A stretch of 63,336 nt of DNA, the filler included, from Choristocarpus tenellus KU-1152 (taxonomy: Eukaryota; Protista; Phaeophyceae): assembly GCA_964200185.2 (NCBI GenBank). It is 9 parts of 9 records of this genome, joined end to end, with 100 filler letters (N's around TTAATTAATTAA, not from the genome) between each part and the next. Parts side by side here need not be neighbours in the genome. Positions count along the whole stretch, not along the records: positions 21,059 to 33,320 come from CAXNAD020001904.1; positions 33,421 to 47,951 come from CAXNAD020001167.1; 7 more parts are not named here. One strand, written 5' to 3'. The notes under the pieces were generated by a model that was not told the origin of the DNA, made no database searches, and worked only from the letters and a program-made list of their open reading frames with translations. Positions 26,852-40,300 of this stretch are shown piece after piece; position 1 is the first letter of the stretch; every line of letters begins with the position of its first letter. A program made the position numbers and the translations under genes.

Positions 26852-28170
26852 TTCAACAAGTGTAAACGTTGCCTCCCATACCACATATCCTACCTCCCGA
26901 CCAAATTTCTATTTTGTTCCCCCATTTTTGTTCTTGTCGTAAATGATAATACTAACTACTTTGAAGTATGCTAAAAGTTGGTGTAACTTTAACCCCTTAC
27001 ACACAGTTGTGTAAATCAAACTCTTTGTGCTCCGGATTACATCCCTGCATGACCCTGCTACTCTTGTCGACATCTACTGCAGAGGCGAGTGAATGGAAGA
27101 GAGGATGCCTTCCCCAATACATCTCACACTTCAGGGTGCTTGGCGTAAGGTTTTTACAGAAGAGGAACGCCGACATTGATGTTTCCAGCACTGAGTTGCT
27201 TCAGTATCCATTTATACAGAGATTGCGCTACCTTGAGCACGTTCTCCCACTCTTCTTACTAGTCTTTTTCTATGAAATCGTACCCGAGGGACATGTTAAC
27301 ACCTTGGAGTTTCCAGGTACAGCGAAAGTTTTTCCTGCCTGCCTGCAGCTCTTTCGAGTCTCTTCACTGGCTTGTGGTTGGGCACTGTGAAGATATCAAG
27401 CGCTTGTTCACTGTCGAGCACAAACATGAAACTTCCATATACGGGCACATAACCTGCCTACTAATGGGAGCTGCAGAGCTGAGAGACTTAACTTTGTACC
27501 TCAACATTTACGGTTTCAGCTTGGCCTATTCTCACCAGAAAGTTAAAATTGGCATCCCTATTCTGTGTAGGTGTCCTACAGTACAATCATGGGCACAGAG
27601 AATATTCTTCGTAGGACAAATCACCTGAATAGACGTGTGGAAGGCTCTCTGCAGCTCTTAATATTCCAGAGAACCTATTCTAAAACAATAATGGAGGTAC
27701 CTTGGAGTAGTTATTTTCTGTACTAGGTGAACTCAGTATGTTTCTGGGAAGAACGGTGCTTTGGAGACAGTAGGCAGTGGTTTTGCACATGACGAGATGA
27801 TTAGCCACTCAAAAGCATTTTTCCATATGCTTCATCTATGCACTCTGATACTTCAGTGAGAGTAAAAGGAGCGAAGTTCTGGTGGAAAGAACACAGCAAT
27901 CTGTCCAATGAAATGCATCCACGGATGCACTTTCCTTAATATTCTTGAGGATATGTAAGGTTCTACAAAGTTCCTTGAGTATCTTGGACTTTTGGATGTA
28001 GGACTCCATCCGTCTGAACACCTTCAGGTTTGCAGTGACATCATCATCATGAGTACCATGGGTAGTGTGTCAGGGATAGACCATCCCCCCTACAGCATCC
28101 GAGCCCTTCCTTTACCAAGTAGAGTGCGGCGCCATCTGTCCGACTATCATCACCAGGATCTCATTAGGCT

Positions 28171-28428
28171 GAGTGAAAGTATCTTAGAGGGTACGAGTTT
28201 TGCCCTGTTCGTCCATTTGTGGCTTGGCTTCCCATGGGTTCTTTTATGATATTTTTCGTACTCAAATGCGTTTAGGTCCAGGTAAAGTGTGTAAGTTATG
28301 AAAAGGTGTCTGGAACATGGATATTGACACTTGCTAACAAACACGATAGTCAAGATTACATCAAAATTGCAACATTGGATTTTGGCCCCCAAATGGACAC
28401 GACTTTACCCTCTAAGATACTTTGGCTC
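28171..28428 (-). mobile_element. MITE family A copy
   Basis: GAGTGAAAGTATCTTAGAGGGTA...TACCCTCTAAGATACTTTGGCTC. Confidence 0.9.
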
Positions 28429-28519
28429 ATACATAGGAGAAAGCTTACAATTGCCAATACTCCCCCACACCAACTTTGCCCTTTTTTCTTTGTGCCTATT
28501 ATTCCTTTCCTTTACACAG

Positions 28520-31500
28520 GAGGGCAGTACAGCTGCAGCAGACGGGTGTAATTGTAAGAGGTCAAGATGCCTCAAACTGTAAGTGTTTCATTCTGGGCTC
28601 TTTATTCCTCTCTCTCTCTCTCTCTCTCTCTCTCATTGCATGGCTCTGGCACTCAATTTCTTTCCCATCTGCCTTCCTGTTGCAGTTGCAAACTGTATTA
28701 CTACATTATTCCCCTTGAAATCACTGGAAAGCACAGGCTGGGTTTGGAACCATTGGAAGCGATGGACTCAGGCAGAAGGTCAAGAGGCATCATACCATGC
28801 TGAAAACTTGTTGTGTAACTCATCTCCTAATCTATGCTGTTGTTATTGCCATACCTGTTGTGTGTGTGATGGTGACACACGTCAGTTACTGCCAGTGTTT
28901 CTCTGCACAGACAGTGTGCACCATTGCATGTAACTGTGCAAGCTGCCACAACACCATCCTCAACACCGAGGAGCGGCTGCAGGCTATTACTGGCGTGCTC
29001 GAGCGGAATCCAGCAGCGTTCGATGCCAAGTTCAAGACTGAGGTGGGCTAGAGGCGGCGAAGGAAGAGATGGGGGATGGGGTGCTATTGATAGAAGGCAT
29101 TCTATAACACCACTTTGCTGTTGTAGGGCTTCTGACTGAGTCACTACATTTATCCCAGCCTGTTTTTAGTTTTATTTTGGTCCGTTGCCTTCCAATATTT
29201 TCTGTATCATCCTTGATTGTGTGGTTTGCAAACCCTCACCGGTCTACATCCAGTTTAGAGACCAACATGGTTTCAATATCTTGCCGCACTGCTCCTCACA
29301 CACCAAATGGGAAGCATATTTGTGAGCTTAACACTCTTCCAAAACCGCTATACAATCGCAGGTGTGCTCCAGGGCAGGCACTGGTACAGCGGTAGTCCAC
29401 AAGACAGGTTGCAAGTGTCGCAAGTCTGCCTGCCTCAAGAAGTATTGTGAATGCTTTAACCAGGGGGTCAAATGCTCTGACAACTGCAGCTGCGTAGGGT
29501 GCAGGAACTCTGTCATGGGTGGAGAGGCGATGGTATCGGTGACATCAATGCTCACATTGGGAGCAGCAGCGACAGCGTCAAGGGGAGGGAATGGGGGGGC
29601 ACTGGCGCTAGACTTGGCTAATCCACAAGTGTGGAACAAGGACAAGTCAAGGGAATCCCTAGAATTGCAATCATCTCCCACAATGGGGTGCGTATATGTG
29701 TGTAGGTACAGTTTGTGTCTGTGGGCTGTTCTCTCTTTCAATCCACAACACCCGCATCTTGGTGATGGTCTCTCCATGGCTGCTATGTGATTTGTTCCAC
29801 TGCAGTGAATAGAAGTGAGCCAATCTGCTCTCTCTCTCTATCTCTCTCTCTCTCTGTTGCACAAGTCCATGCTATACTGATTCACCTTCACTTTTCACCA
29901 TATTCAGTGTCTAACCGACTCCGCACACTCCATATGTCTACCGCAATTCAGACCTGTTCCCCCACAACGAGATCATCCAAGCGATAGCAAGAAACGTGTA
30001 GTGAAGCGGGGACGCTCCCGCAAGGTTGGGGGCATCCTGAGAGCAGCTGAAGACTTGGTGAGTTTGTGTCTCCTGCCTCAGATAGGCATGGAAGAGGTTG
30101 GCATGATCTTTTATTTTGTGTTCATTGAGAGATACACGAGGTGTGAGTTGCCCTTGTGCTTCTGGAGCAGGCCTGAAAGTTGCGATGGTGATACGTCGTG
30201 TATGCAACTGTGTCAGGGGTATTCAAATTGCAAGTTTTGGAAATTTGAGCTTTGTGTGAAAGGGAGTGTCCTCCAAAGGAATGTGCCGTCCAAAACTTCT
30301 CAGTTACTCTTGAACATGGGTGATGCAGGAGGGAGGGTGTTGTCACGGCGGTATTTCCTTCATGACCGCATCAGTCTGCTCTGTAGACAGAAGAATTACT
30401 TGCTGTTGTATGAGTGAAGGATCCTCCATGTTGCTATTCATGGTCAGGGTGTTGTTTTACTGAGAAGGGTTAGGGTTTTCATTGGATGGTTCAACCTCAA
30501 GATGCCAGAAAGAGAAAAAGGTTAAGCATAAATTGCGCCATTACTGCTTTGCTATTTTTCGTTTTGTTCCATGTAGTACATATAGTAGTGTCGGTGTGCT
30601 GTAGAATCTTAGGTTCAAAGACGACTACTGTGCATTTCTCATCATAACCATGACGTCCTCCGTACTACCCCTCCTTTTCCTCCCCCCCCCATACCTTCAC
30701 CTTTCCTATTACCCCCATCCTCCCTTACGTTTCAAATTACTTCAGGCCTCGCTTAAGACAGCCTCACCTGTCAAACCAATTGTGGAGCAAGCCTACAAGG
30801 CCCGGTCCCGTAAACGCCGAGTCCTCCGTGACTCTCTTGAAGGCATAATGGCAAGTAACAATAATGCAGGGCCTGCTGCAATCAACAACCAAACAGGACG
30901 GGCCACTGGACTTCTGGATGTGTGTGCCATTCCCCATAGCCCCCAGGCTGTGGGAGGTGTGCGGAACCATTCGTGGCCAAGGGGAGGAACAGGAACATGG
31001 GTGGGGAGTGGGGCCATGGGGGGAAGAACAGGAAGTCTGCCAGGGTTTACCGGAGCAGGGGCAGAGGGAAAAAAACACGAGTTGGGGCTCACATCTGATT
31101 GTTCTGCTTCTGGTGGTTCACCCTCGTCTGTTGTTACCTCTGGGTCAGGGAGTGAATGTAGCCCTATGGCGAGACCTCAAGGAGTCTCAGTAGTGGCAAG
31201 TATGGGTCAAAATATTGAGAAGAAACTGAGAGGAGGGGAGGGGGCTGATGGGGATGCAATGATGGCAGAGGTGGAGGTGAGTGTGTTGGTATGAGAGTGA
31301 GATATGTTGCCTGAGCTAGAGTGTGCTGGGAATGCTGAGGGTTCCGTTTTCGGACGGGAGCAGACACAAGAGATTGTTTTTTCTCTTTTGTGCCCTTTTT
31401 TGTTCTAATTCTTAATTCATGCCCTCTGATTATTTATATGACTACTCCTTTGCCCCTATTATCTGACTATGACGTACCTGACTAGGTGTCGTTTTTAGAG

Positions 31501-32336
31501 ACAGAGGCACCAAGCTCACAATCCAGCTTAGTAAGCTCCAATTCTTCCCGTCCTGTGATGACACCCAGCGACGATGAGGTTTGTATTGTTGTACTCTGTA
31601 TGGGATTGGGGAGAGAGTTTGGATGTGGGGGAAGGGTGAGGTGGGCTGAGTTCTGGGATGCTTTTGCAGATCTGATACTTTGGTACATACTAGTTTTTGC
31701 TACTGGTCATTCTTGGAGTCATACTTCTGACTACCTCAAGTTTCATCTTGCTTCACTTATGGACAAGGTGCAAAACAATAAACTTCAATGGTAGCCCTTT
31801 TCTCCATGAACATTTATCGGCCGTGAATGAGCCATGTCACTTCTTTTCACCTGAACTTCCCTCAATCCCCCCACCCCTGCCCTCTTGATACACATACACA
31901 CACACACACATGTACACGGCATGGACATCCATATATTCAGCATAATGTGGGCTCTCCTGTAGGCAACAAACATGATAACATTATCAAGGTGGAGACGCAG
32001 ACAGTAGCACCCCAGGCATATCACCAGAATTACAGGATTTCATGCCCTTCAACAGCAGGGGACAACTACTGTGTGGGTGCTGCTGATAAAGGCTCAGACA
32101 TGGGAGGAAGTAAGATGGACGTTGATGGTAGTGAGGGGGTGAAGGTGGTGGAAGGTGAGGGAAGAGAAGGAGGGAACTTGGGCAGTGAGGAGAATGATCG
32201 TGGAATGCACCATACACCCTCAAGCCCGGGAGAGGTCAATCCACACACGTGGGATCATCGCGAGGTTGGGGGTGGGGCGTTACCCAACTTGGTGCCCACA
32301 GCACAAAGAGTTGATGTTCAGAAGGTGGGGTTGTAG
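28520..32336 (+). CDS. CRC-domain (tesmin/TSO1/LIN54-like CXC) DNA-binding protein; multi-exon, 5' end uncertain
   Basis: Phase-compatible exons 28520-28578, 28886-29042, 29362-29687, 29952-30024, 30746-31276, 31486-31578 and 31941-32336. They give [33 protein letters not shown], the linker [10 protein letters not shown], then [37 protein letters not shown]: two CXC domains with the RNPxAFxxK hinge. Confidence 0.92.
28607..28634. repeat. (CT)n microsatellite
   Basis: Uninterrupted CT run in an intron. Confidence 0.9.
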
Positions 32337-33320
32337 CTCTGGGGGTGTAGAAGGGTGGGGGGTGGTTGGAGGGCAGGAGTAAGGGTTGAGACTAGGATAC
32401 ATAGACTCCTGTTGTGGCAGTGGTGGTAGCAGTAATGCTGCTATGGTGAAAGTAATGAGGGCATCATTCATCAATTGTGCATCAGTGGGGTCATGCTGCC
32501 TCACGTGCTGCATGTGTCGATCTGAGACTGCAGATCCCTGACAACCAGTAGCCTGCTATTGGAATCACTGTGCACACACAGCACTATTACTTCAATTTTG
32601 AAGAATGATTTGGTGGTATTTGCGACACCAGTGTCTTTCTGGTACCTTCTCTATTTGGTGGAGAGGGGGGGGGAGGACTGGGGACAGTGCAGGGATTCAT
32701 TCAACAAGACTATGCTGGGGAGCAAAGAGAGATTCGTGTAATATAGTTTCCTCCTGAGACCAAGTACTGGAAATGAGTGTGCCTTGAGTGTCAGCAATGA
32801 GCAGAGAGGAGAAGACATAGACTTTTGTGAGGGAAGGCTGTTGTGTGTGAGGTTGTTTGTAGGTGAATGGGTGCTAGGCTTGCTCGTCTCTTGTATCCTC
32901 CTGCACAGCAATAGCAGTGCACTCCACCCCCTTTGGAAGAGGAACCCATCACCCCCATTGACCAACCACTGTTAGGGGTGGTCTCATCAACCTGCAAAGC
33001 TTTACAGCGGTAGTAAGGTCAGGGGGTAGGGTTAGGGAGGATAAGACCTTTGTGTGTTGACTTGCCTGAGTTGGAGGTCTGTCAGTAGCACAAGCATGGA
33101 AACCACTCACTGTTCCTCATGTCAACAACAATGACCAGTGTTCTGGGGTCTCTATGGACCATCTAGAGGCCTGAGATAGTGAATGTGTCCCCCTTTTCCA
33201 GTTTGAGTTACTTACGAATCTCTGTCACCCAGTCATAACTCCTGTCGCTTTGTGCTGAACTCTCCCCCCCCCCCCCCCCCCCCCCCCCCGACCATCTCGG
33301 CCCCCCCCTTTATTTTGTTT

Positions 33321-33420
33321 NNNNNNNNNNNNNNNNNNNNNNNNNNNNNNNNNNNNNNNNNNNNTTAATTAATTAANNNNNNNNNNNNNNNNNNNNNNNN
33401 NNNNNNNNNNNNNNNNNNNN
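33321..33420. other. Artificial contig spacer
   Basis: N44-TTAATTAATTAA-N44. Confidence 0.97.
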
Positions 33421-33436
33421 CCCCCCCAGATACGTT

Positions 33437-33694
33437 GAGTGAGAGTATCTTAGAGGGTAGAGCCGCGTCTGTCTGGGGGCCAAAATCCGATGTTTCGATT
33501 TTGATGTAATTTTGGTTATCGTCTTTGTTAGGATGTGTCAATATCCTTGTTGCGGACACACTTTTAAATAATGTACACACTTTACCTGCTCAGGAACATT
33601 TTGGAGTAGGAAAATGTCATAAAAATCCCATGGGAAGCCAAGCTCTAAATGGACAAACAGGACAAAACTCGTACCCTCTAAGTTACTTTCACTC
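33437..33694 (+). mobile_element. MITE family A copy
   Basis: TIRs GAGTGAGAGTATCTTAGAGGGTA and TACCCTCTAAGTTACTTTCACTC; perfect TSD CGTT/CGTT. Confidence 0.92.
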
Positions 33695-33945
33695 CGTTGA
33701 ACCTCATGTCGATGTGCAGTTGATTGCATTCATGAAGTTACTTCAAGTTTGCTTGATTCGTTATGGGGGGCTACCTTGGTATCTTCCTCAGCTCCTTTTG
33801 ATTCCACGCAGTTTTGTCTTTTTTTTCGTAGCATCTTTGTTGTGCTTGGTTTCCGTGATCCTTCCTCGCATAGATAAATTCTAACATTATAATGTTCCAC
33901 CCGATGCTCTGACAGAGGTAGCAGATCAATTTCCATTCCGCTTTT

Positions 33946-34205
33946 GAGTTAAAGTATCTTAGAGGGTACGGCCGCGTCCAAATGGGGGCCAAAACCCAAT
34001 GTTGCGATTTTGACGTAATTTTGGCTATTGTCTTTGTTAGGAAGTGTCAATATCCTTGTTCCGGACACACCTTAACATAAAGTGTACAATTTACCTACTA
34101 CAAAACATTTTGGAGTAGGAAAATGTAATAAAAAAAACCCTGGGAAGCCAAGCCCCCAAACGGACAAAAGGGGAAAAACTCGTACCCTCTAAGATACTTT
34201 CACTC
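33946..34205 (+). mobile_element. MITE family A copy
   Basis: Intact TIRs; TSD TTTT/TTTT. Confidence 0.92.
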
Positions 34206-34323
34206 TTTTTCTCGCTTACAACATCTGTATACTTTCCTTGCAGAGCCACAACCATTTAGATGAACCTTGTCGTGATAACATGGCACCAGTTAAGTATGCC
34301 CATCCCCATCCACTCCTGAATAG

Positions 34324-37300
34324 GAGAAGCCTGAAGATACTCACGGCTATGAAGTCTGCAACATGCACAACGTTGTCCTCCAGCAGCAGTGGCTTTGCCT
34401 TGCGTCCGATAGTCCTGCAATTGTCACTCTGAAGGAGTGTGGCTCCTTCGATGATGCCCTAGCAAACCTGGAAAACTCAAGAACCGAAAGACATTCTTCA
34501 AGTCACAAAAACGTCCAGCCAGAACTGTCCAGTATGCAGGTGGCAGCCCCAAAGGTTCATATTCTGCCCAACAATATAGGGAAGGGACGTGATACAGAAC
34601 ACAGCTATGAGGGTCAGGGTGGAAGGTTTGAAGACCAGACCAAGAGCAGCAGAGGTGGTGGGGGTCTAGGAAGGAAGAGGGGAGGAGGTCCAAAAACGTT
34701 TGGGAGCGGAATCCGACCAGAATGTTTCTGGAAAATTCGACTTGTAGACCCTTCTGCAATAAGGAGGACTGTGGGAGGTGGGGGAGGGGTGGGGGAGGGG
34801 TGTGTGAGGGTTGGTGGTGGACCAAGCAATTCTGATGGAGAAGGTAGAAGAGTTTGGAGCGGAAAAGGAAATGGACATAGTGGTAGAGGTCGAGGACTTG
34901 TGAAGAGCATATCTCCTACACAGCTTGAAGGAGCAGCAAAAAATCAGCTGAACCAGTGAGTAAGACTTGAAAATATTTGTTTGTTAAGATATAAATATGT
35001 TGTCTCAAGTGTAATCATTGATTTCTTCCTTGAACATAATTATTGTTAAAACATCACTCAGGTATATTGGGGCTACCATTCTGTCTGGAACATGGGCGTC
35101 CCAGTCTTCCCCTCCACATTTTCATCACTCCTACTGTTCTCAAATACGTCTCTCAGGAATAACCTCATCAGTTGCCGCCTGTTCGAGGTCTTTCATTTGT
35201 AACCTTGTGCCTCAGTTTCCCTCTGTCATTTCTAACGTGGCTTTGATGAATGCCCACATGGTGCCTTGACCATCTTGAAGCAATTCTCATTTTGATGTGC
35301 ACCCTCAGCTAAGAGGGTGGGTAATCCTTTTGTCAAAAAGGTGATATGGGTAGTCTACACCCTTTCTCCTAACACTCTCTGTCCGCCTCTCAGTTTTTTT
35401 CCGTTTTTTGAAGGATTGCTGTTTGATTTCCAAAAAACAAGGTGCCGTACTAGGTGCAGGACAGATATTGTAATGCAATTTCCATGGCCTTGAACATCAG
35501 GGCCATAGCAATGCCTGATTGATACTTGAGTCTTGCCTTACCCTAACACTCATCCACCATTCTTTTCACTCTGTACCCTCATCATCAAGCAGGAGCAGAA
35601 ACACTCGCCAGTCTTATGCTAAACCACTCATTGACAGGGTCAGGCTTACATCAGTGACAGCAGTTCTGAGTGGACAGGTTCGGCAGCCATCCAGAATATA
35701 CTCTGAATTGTACCTGATGGCAACCTTGCCCTACCTTATCTAGAGTATTTTCAACTACACTATGCTTCACTTTTGTCTTATCAACCCAGGACAAGAGACT
35801 CACTTAGTATTTAAACATTGAATTTGGATGGAAACAACATACAGCAAACAATCAACTTGATTTATTAGCACCTGTTGACATTTTGCTGTGTTATGAGCTA
35901 TTATTCAAAACATGCCCTCACTTCTAAACACGAGCAGGGAGTCTGAGATTTGGAAAAAGGAACTGGAGTTACAATGTAATGTAACACCGTCCTCAGGCAC
36001 CACCATCACTGTTACTTGACCTTTTATGCCTCTCTGAAATATTTATGGAGCGCTGTACATTTACTGCAAAGTAAGCACTACCTGAAAATGTGTGTGCTAT
36101 GTTCTCCACAAAATTTGGGTATCAATCCACAACTGGAAGCAATTTGAAGTATATCTCAATCCCATTGAGTAGTATTGGCACTAAGAAGTATTGGTACTGG
36201 GTAGTATTGGTACTGAGTAGTATTGGTACTGAGTATTGACTATCCTTAGGCACCACGTTCTAGGATCAGATGGAACATCTGGATAGGATTGAGGCTACAG
36301 AGGCCATCCTTAGTGTTGTACAGAGATAAAAAAGGAACTGCTCTTACTTCACAGTTCTTATCTCGAATTCCCCTCTCCTCCTCACATATCGTTCAAATGC
36401 AAGGCATCATTCAGTGCAGGTCAGTGCGAGAGACTCTCTACACTACAACATAGACTCCTTACTATGTATCAAAAGATTGATGCATCCAATTGGCAAGGTA
36501 TTAGTGGGAAGGCAAACGGTTATGATGGAGGGGCACAAGACCGTGCTCTTGCTGCGGTCCACGGTACTGATAGCTTGTGGGGGCGACGAGAGGTGATCAG
36601 GGCTCAAAAGGAAAAGGTTCAACAGAGCAAAAAGGTGAAATTTTGGAACCATCTACAGAATATGCATACAAGTATCCCAGCACTCCTCTGGAATACAATG
36701 TTCGTTGACACCCAAAAGCTGGCTAACCCTCCACGAATATATAGAAAGTAGTGTGCAAACTTTGAGGCAAGGGAAGATACCTGACGTAGCACTCTTCTGC
36801 ACCTCTAGCAGTGAAGGTATTCCTGCACTGCTTTTAAGTAGTCAGGATCTTTGTGTGTTTGCCATCCAAATTGAGTTGAAGTAAACAAGAGGTACCCAGA
36901 GTTGCATTTTCAGGACGCTGACAAACATGGACAAAATTCATTTTTTTTCAAACCTATATTGGATATTTTCTTTATTCTGTCGAAGAATATCAAACAATAG
37001 AGGAATCAACATTCTCAAGTCAATCTTAGCACTTCACCCATAGAAATATTGGCAAATTGCCAAAAAAATGAACAATTGGAATAAAATGCAAAACCACCAA
37101 AGCTTGGGTACCTCTCATTCACTTTGGCTCATTGGCCTCCCCTCTCACTTCCCTGACCCGAAATCTCAAAACATCCACCGCCCCTACTTCCTGTGATACC
37201 AACCCCACACCAAACACCCTAGACCCTCAACATAATCTGCTGCCTATTGTCTGTGGTTCAGTATTGCATATTGCTCCTGAACACCATACAACATATGCAC

Positions 37301-40300
37301 GACATTTATCTCCACCACCCTCACGGACATCATGCTACCATTAATTAATTTCTGAAGTCATCCCCACAAAAGTTGAAACACCGTTTGATACTTTGGAGAC
37401 AGGAATTGGTCAATAATATGGTGACTGGAGATGTCCGCGATCCTTCACCATTAGAGGCTGCGTGGGCAGATTCCAAGGCGCAGGCAATTGAATCTCAGGT
37501 ATTAAATGTTTTGCCAGAGGAGGAAGGGCAGAATAGGAAGCCCACCTGTGATTGAGCATTCTCAAGACTGGACTTGAGAATATCCCTCGCATAGGTTCAG
37601 GCTTAGCCATGAGATGAGCAAGGAAACAACATAAAGAGTTTGTCTAGAGTGCACCGCCAGAATAGAGATACTACAATCTAGCATTAAATGCGTTTTTTTA
37701 TTCATTTGGAACAATCACAAATACTGTCAGAATGGTTACACACAATAGAGATGTACGGGCATGTATGTATACATACATAGTAAACTGTAAGATCTCTCGT
37801 TGCACTCTGCTTACACCAGGTGATTTGTTCTTAGATTGTGATATAAGAAGGATACTCTCCAAGATTGTAGAAATAACTTATGCCCCAGACTCTTAATGTC
37901 TATGATTCATCAACTGTGTCCAAAAGTATGACAAAGGAGGAGACCATAGAATTATATTCTCGTGCATTAGTCCTCATCAATAGAAGGCTATTCCAGCAAG
38001 AACAGCAAAACTCCTAGAGGATACTGTTGAAACACTAGTAAACCCCTGAGCTACCGAGCAGATACCTCTCCATCCTTATCTACCGATTCAAATTTCGATC
38101 CTCTCAGAGTTTATGTTCAACATCAATGACTTGTACTACAGGCTAGAGCATTTGTCTTTTTGTCTTCAATGGATTTTCCTTCATGGATTTAGGTGGGGAG
38201 GGAGGCAAGGGATCTCCCTTTCCCTTAACTCTATGTTGCGATGTACTCCAGTAAGCAACAATGTTGACATGGATGCCTTTGATCAATACACTTGGGCATA
38301 AATCAAACTGTAGAAGACATCCACTACCTTAACTACCCCTAAGGTGCTGGCACCAAACGTAGGATGGATATTAAAGCCATACATTCCAGATGTGTTCAGG
38401 GTATTCTTCATTATCATTTTGTGCGCTCTTCTTCATCACAGAGCTTCTTTAGGCAAGGTAGTGCTTCTCTAAGTCGACAATCAATGTGAAAAATGAATTA
38501 GAAATTTGTGACACCTCAGATTATGCTGGAGCCAAAGTGTCTTAGAGGGTAGAGTGGTGTCCATTTTGAGGTCAAAAACCAAAATTGTGATTTTGATGTT
38601 GTTTTGGCTATCGTGTTAGTTAGTAAGTGTCAATATCCTTGTTCCAGACACACCTTTTCACAACTTGTACATTTTACCTACTCCGATTTTTGGAGTAGGT
38701 AAATGTCATTAAAAAAAACATTAGAAGCCAAGCACTAAAGGGACAAGCAGGGCAAAACTCTTACCCTCTAAGATACTTTCACTCACTGTCGTGCATCCTC
38801 CTTAACGTTTCCCCTGCCGAGAATGGCTGGAGTACAATTTCATCCGAGGTAAGGAAGAGACCAATCGTTTCATGCTATGTTTTCCCCACAGTCCATTTGG
38901 ATGAGCAGTAGGGACTCAAAAATGATCAATGGCCAAGGCAGATTATCCTAACATGGAAGCGACTCCAACTTCTATGGCACATTGTGAAGGGTGAACTCAA
39001 TTCGTTTGATCTCCAGAATGATGCACTGCATGACTATGCAGTATGCAGTGTACATAGGTTTCTGCTTTAAATGTACCAGGAATATATAATAGAAAATGAC
39101 ATTGCCAAGGTGAAAAAAGGCACATCTCGTCCAAGATATGTAAGCCTAACTTGCACAAACTGAATGACTACATACGGGGGGTAATCAAAAAGGATTTGTG
39201 CGGGGGAGGGAAGCAGGTGAAACAAAGAGGTAAACCGGTCTGGATATGTAATATAGCTAGTCTTTAAAATCGAAGTCTCAAGCACATTTCGAACAATTTG
39301 TATCTGAGGTAAAGAAGGGATAGTGCATGTGCAGTCATACCCACACATAACAAGAAAAGGGACCAAATATCCAAACTCGGATCATAATATATGAATCCCA
39401 GGATATATTGAACCACCTGTGCCTCTCCTCCCCTAAATTGTCAACTCTTTTTTGGTGTGGTGCTTACTCTAGGTGAAGCTCGAGGTCTGGGAATCAATCA
39501 TGAAACGTTATGGGTACTTGGACATCACCCATATGCTTTCAGCAATTCATGCAGCTGGTATTATAAAGCGATCCCTCCTTGCTCGGAGAAGGAAGAAGTG
39601 GTCAAAGATATTTGCAAAGATTGACCCAGAAGTGCTTGAGAAGATCGAGAGACTCAGGAAGATACAGGTGCCGCTGTAGACATCAATCAAATGATCGTAT
39701 TTACTGAAATAACTGCTATATAAAATGTTGTAGAAACATGGATCTCTATTTTAGGAATACTATTCTTTCCTGAAAGTTTTCGTTTCCCTTGCCAACCCTG
39801 TCCTACGGCTGCAAACTCCCTCTCTTCTCAGGAACAACGTAAGGAGCTCCTCCAGGCCAAAGGCTCCAACTTTAACTGTAGGGGGACTCTCAGTGACCCA
39901 TCCATTGACGATGGGTCTGGCTGCTGTGCTCCACTATCCACTACAACCCCAATGCCATCATCTCCGTCAGCTGCCCCATTCAGTGCATCTTTGAGTCCCT
40001 ATACAAAAGGACATCCCCGGACTTATGAACAGCTGTTAAGTGGCTCAAGCCTCACCCTCAAAGAAGGCAAGAGAGGTACCACAGGGCTCGATGGAATAAG
40101 GCCTAGGTCTGCACCGAAATCAGGACCTTTGAGGAAGGAGGGCGTCAAGACGGCGATGGCAGCTTACAGAGTTGCATCTCCAACTTTGGAAAAGAGGCTA
40201 GGCAGAAGTGCAGTTCAAATCGACAGGATGGCTGGGTGGAAGGAACAAATTCGACCTCGGACTGCTGGGGCAGCAATGGGGATGGGAGCAGGGTTTGGGG

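Noticed and set aside
24560-28020. Minus-strand coding-like fragments
   Set aside because: Heavily interrupted, with no recognisable domain.
36167-36238. Short direct-repeat array as a CRISPR or iteron
   Set aside because: Spacerless 16-bp intronic minisatellite.
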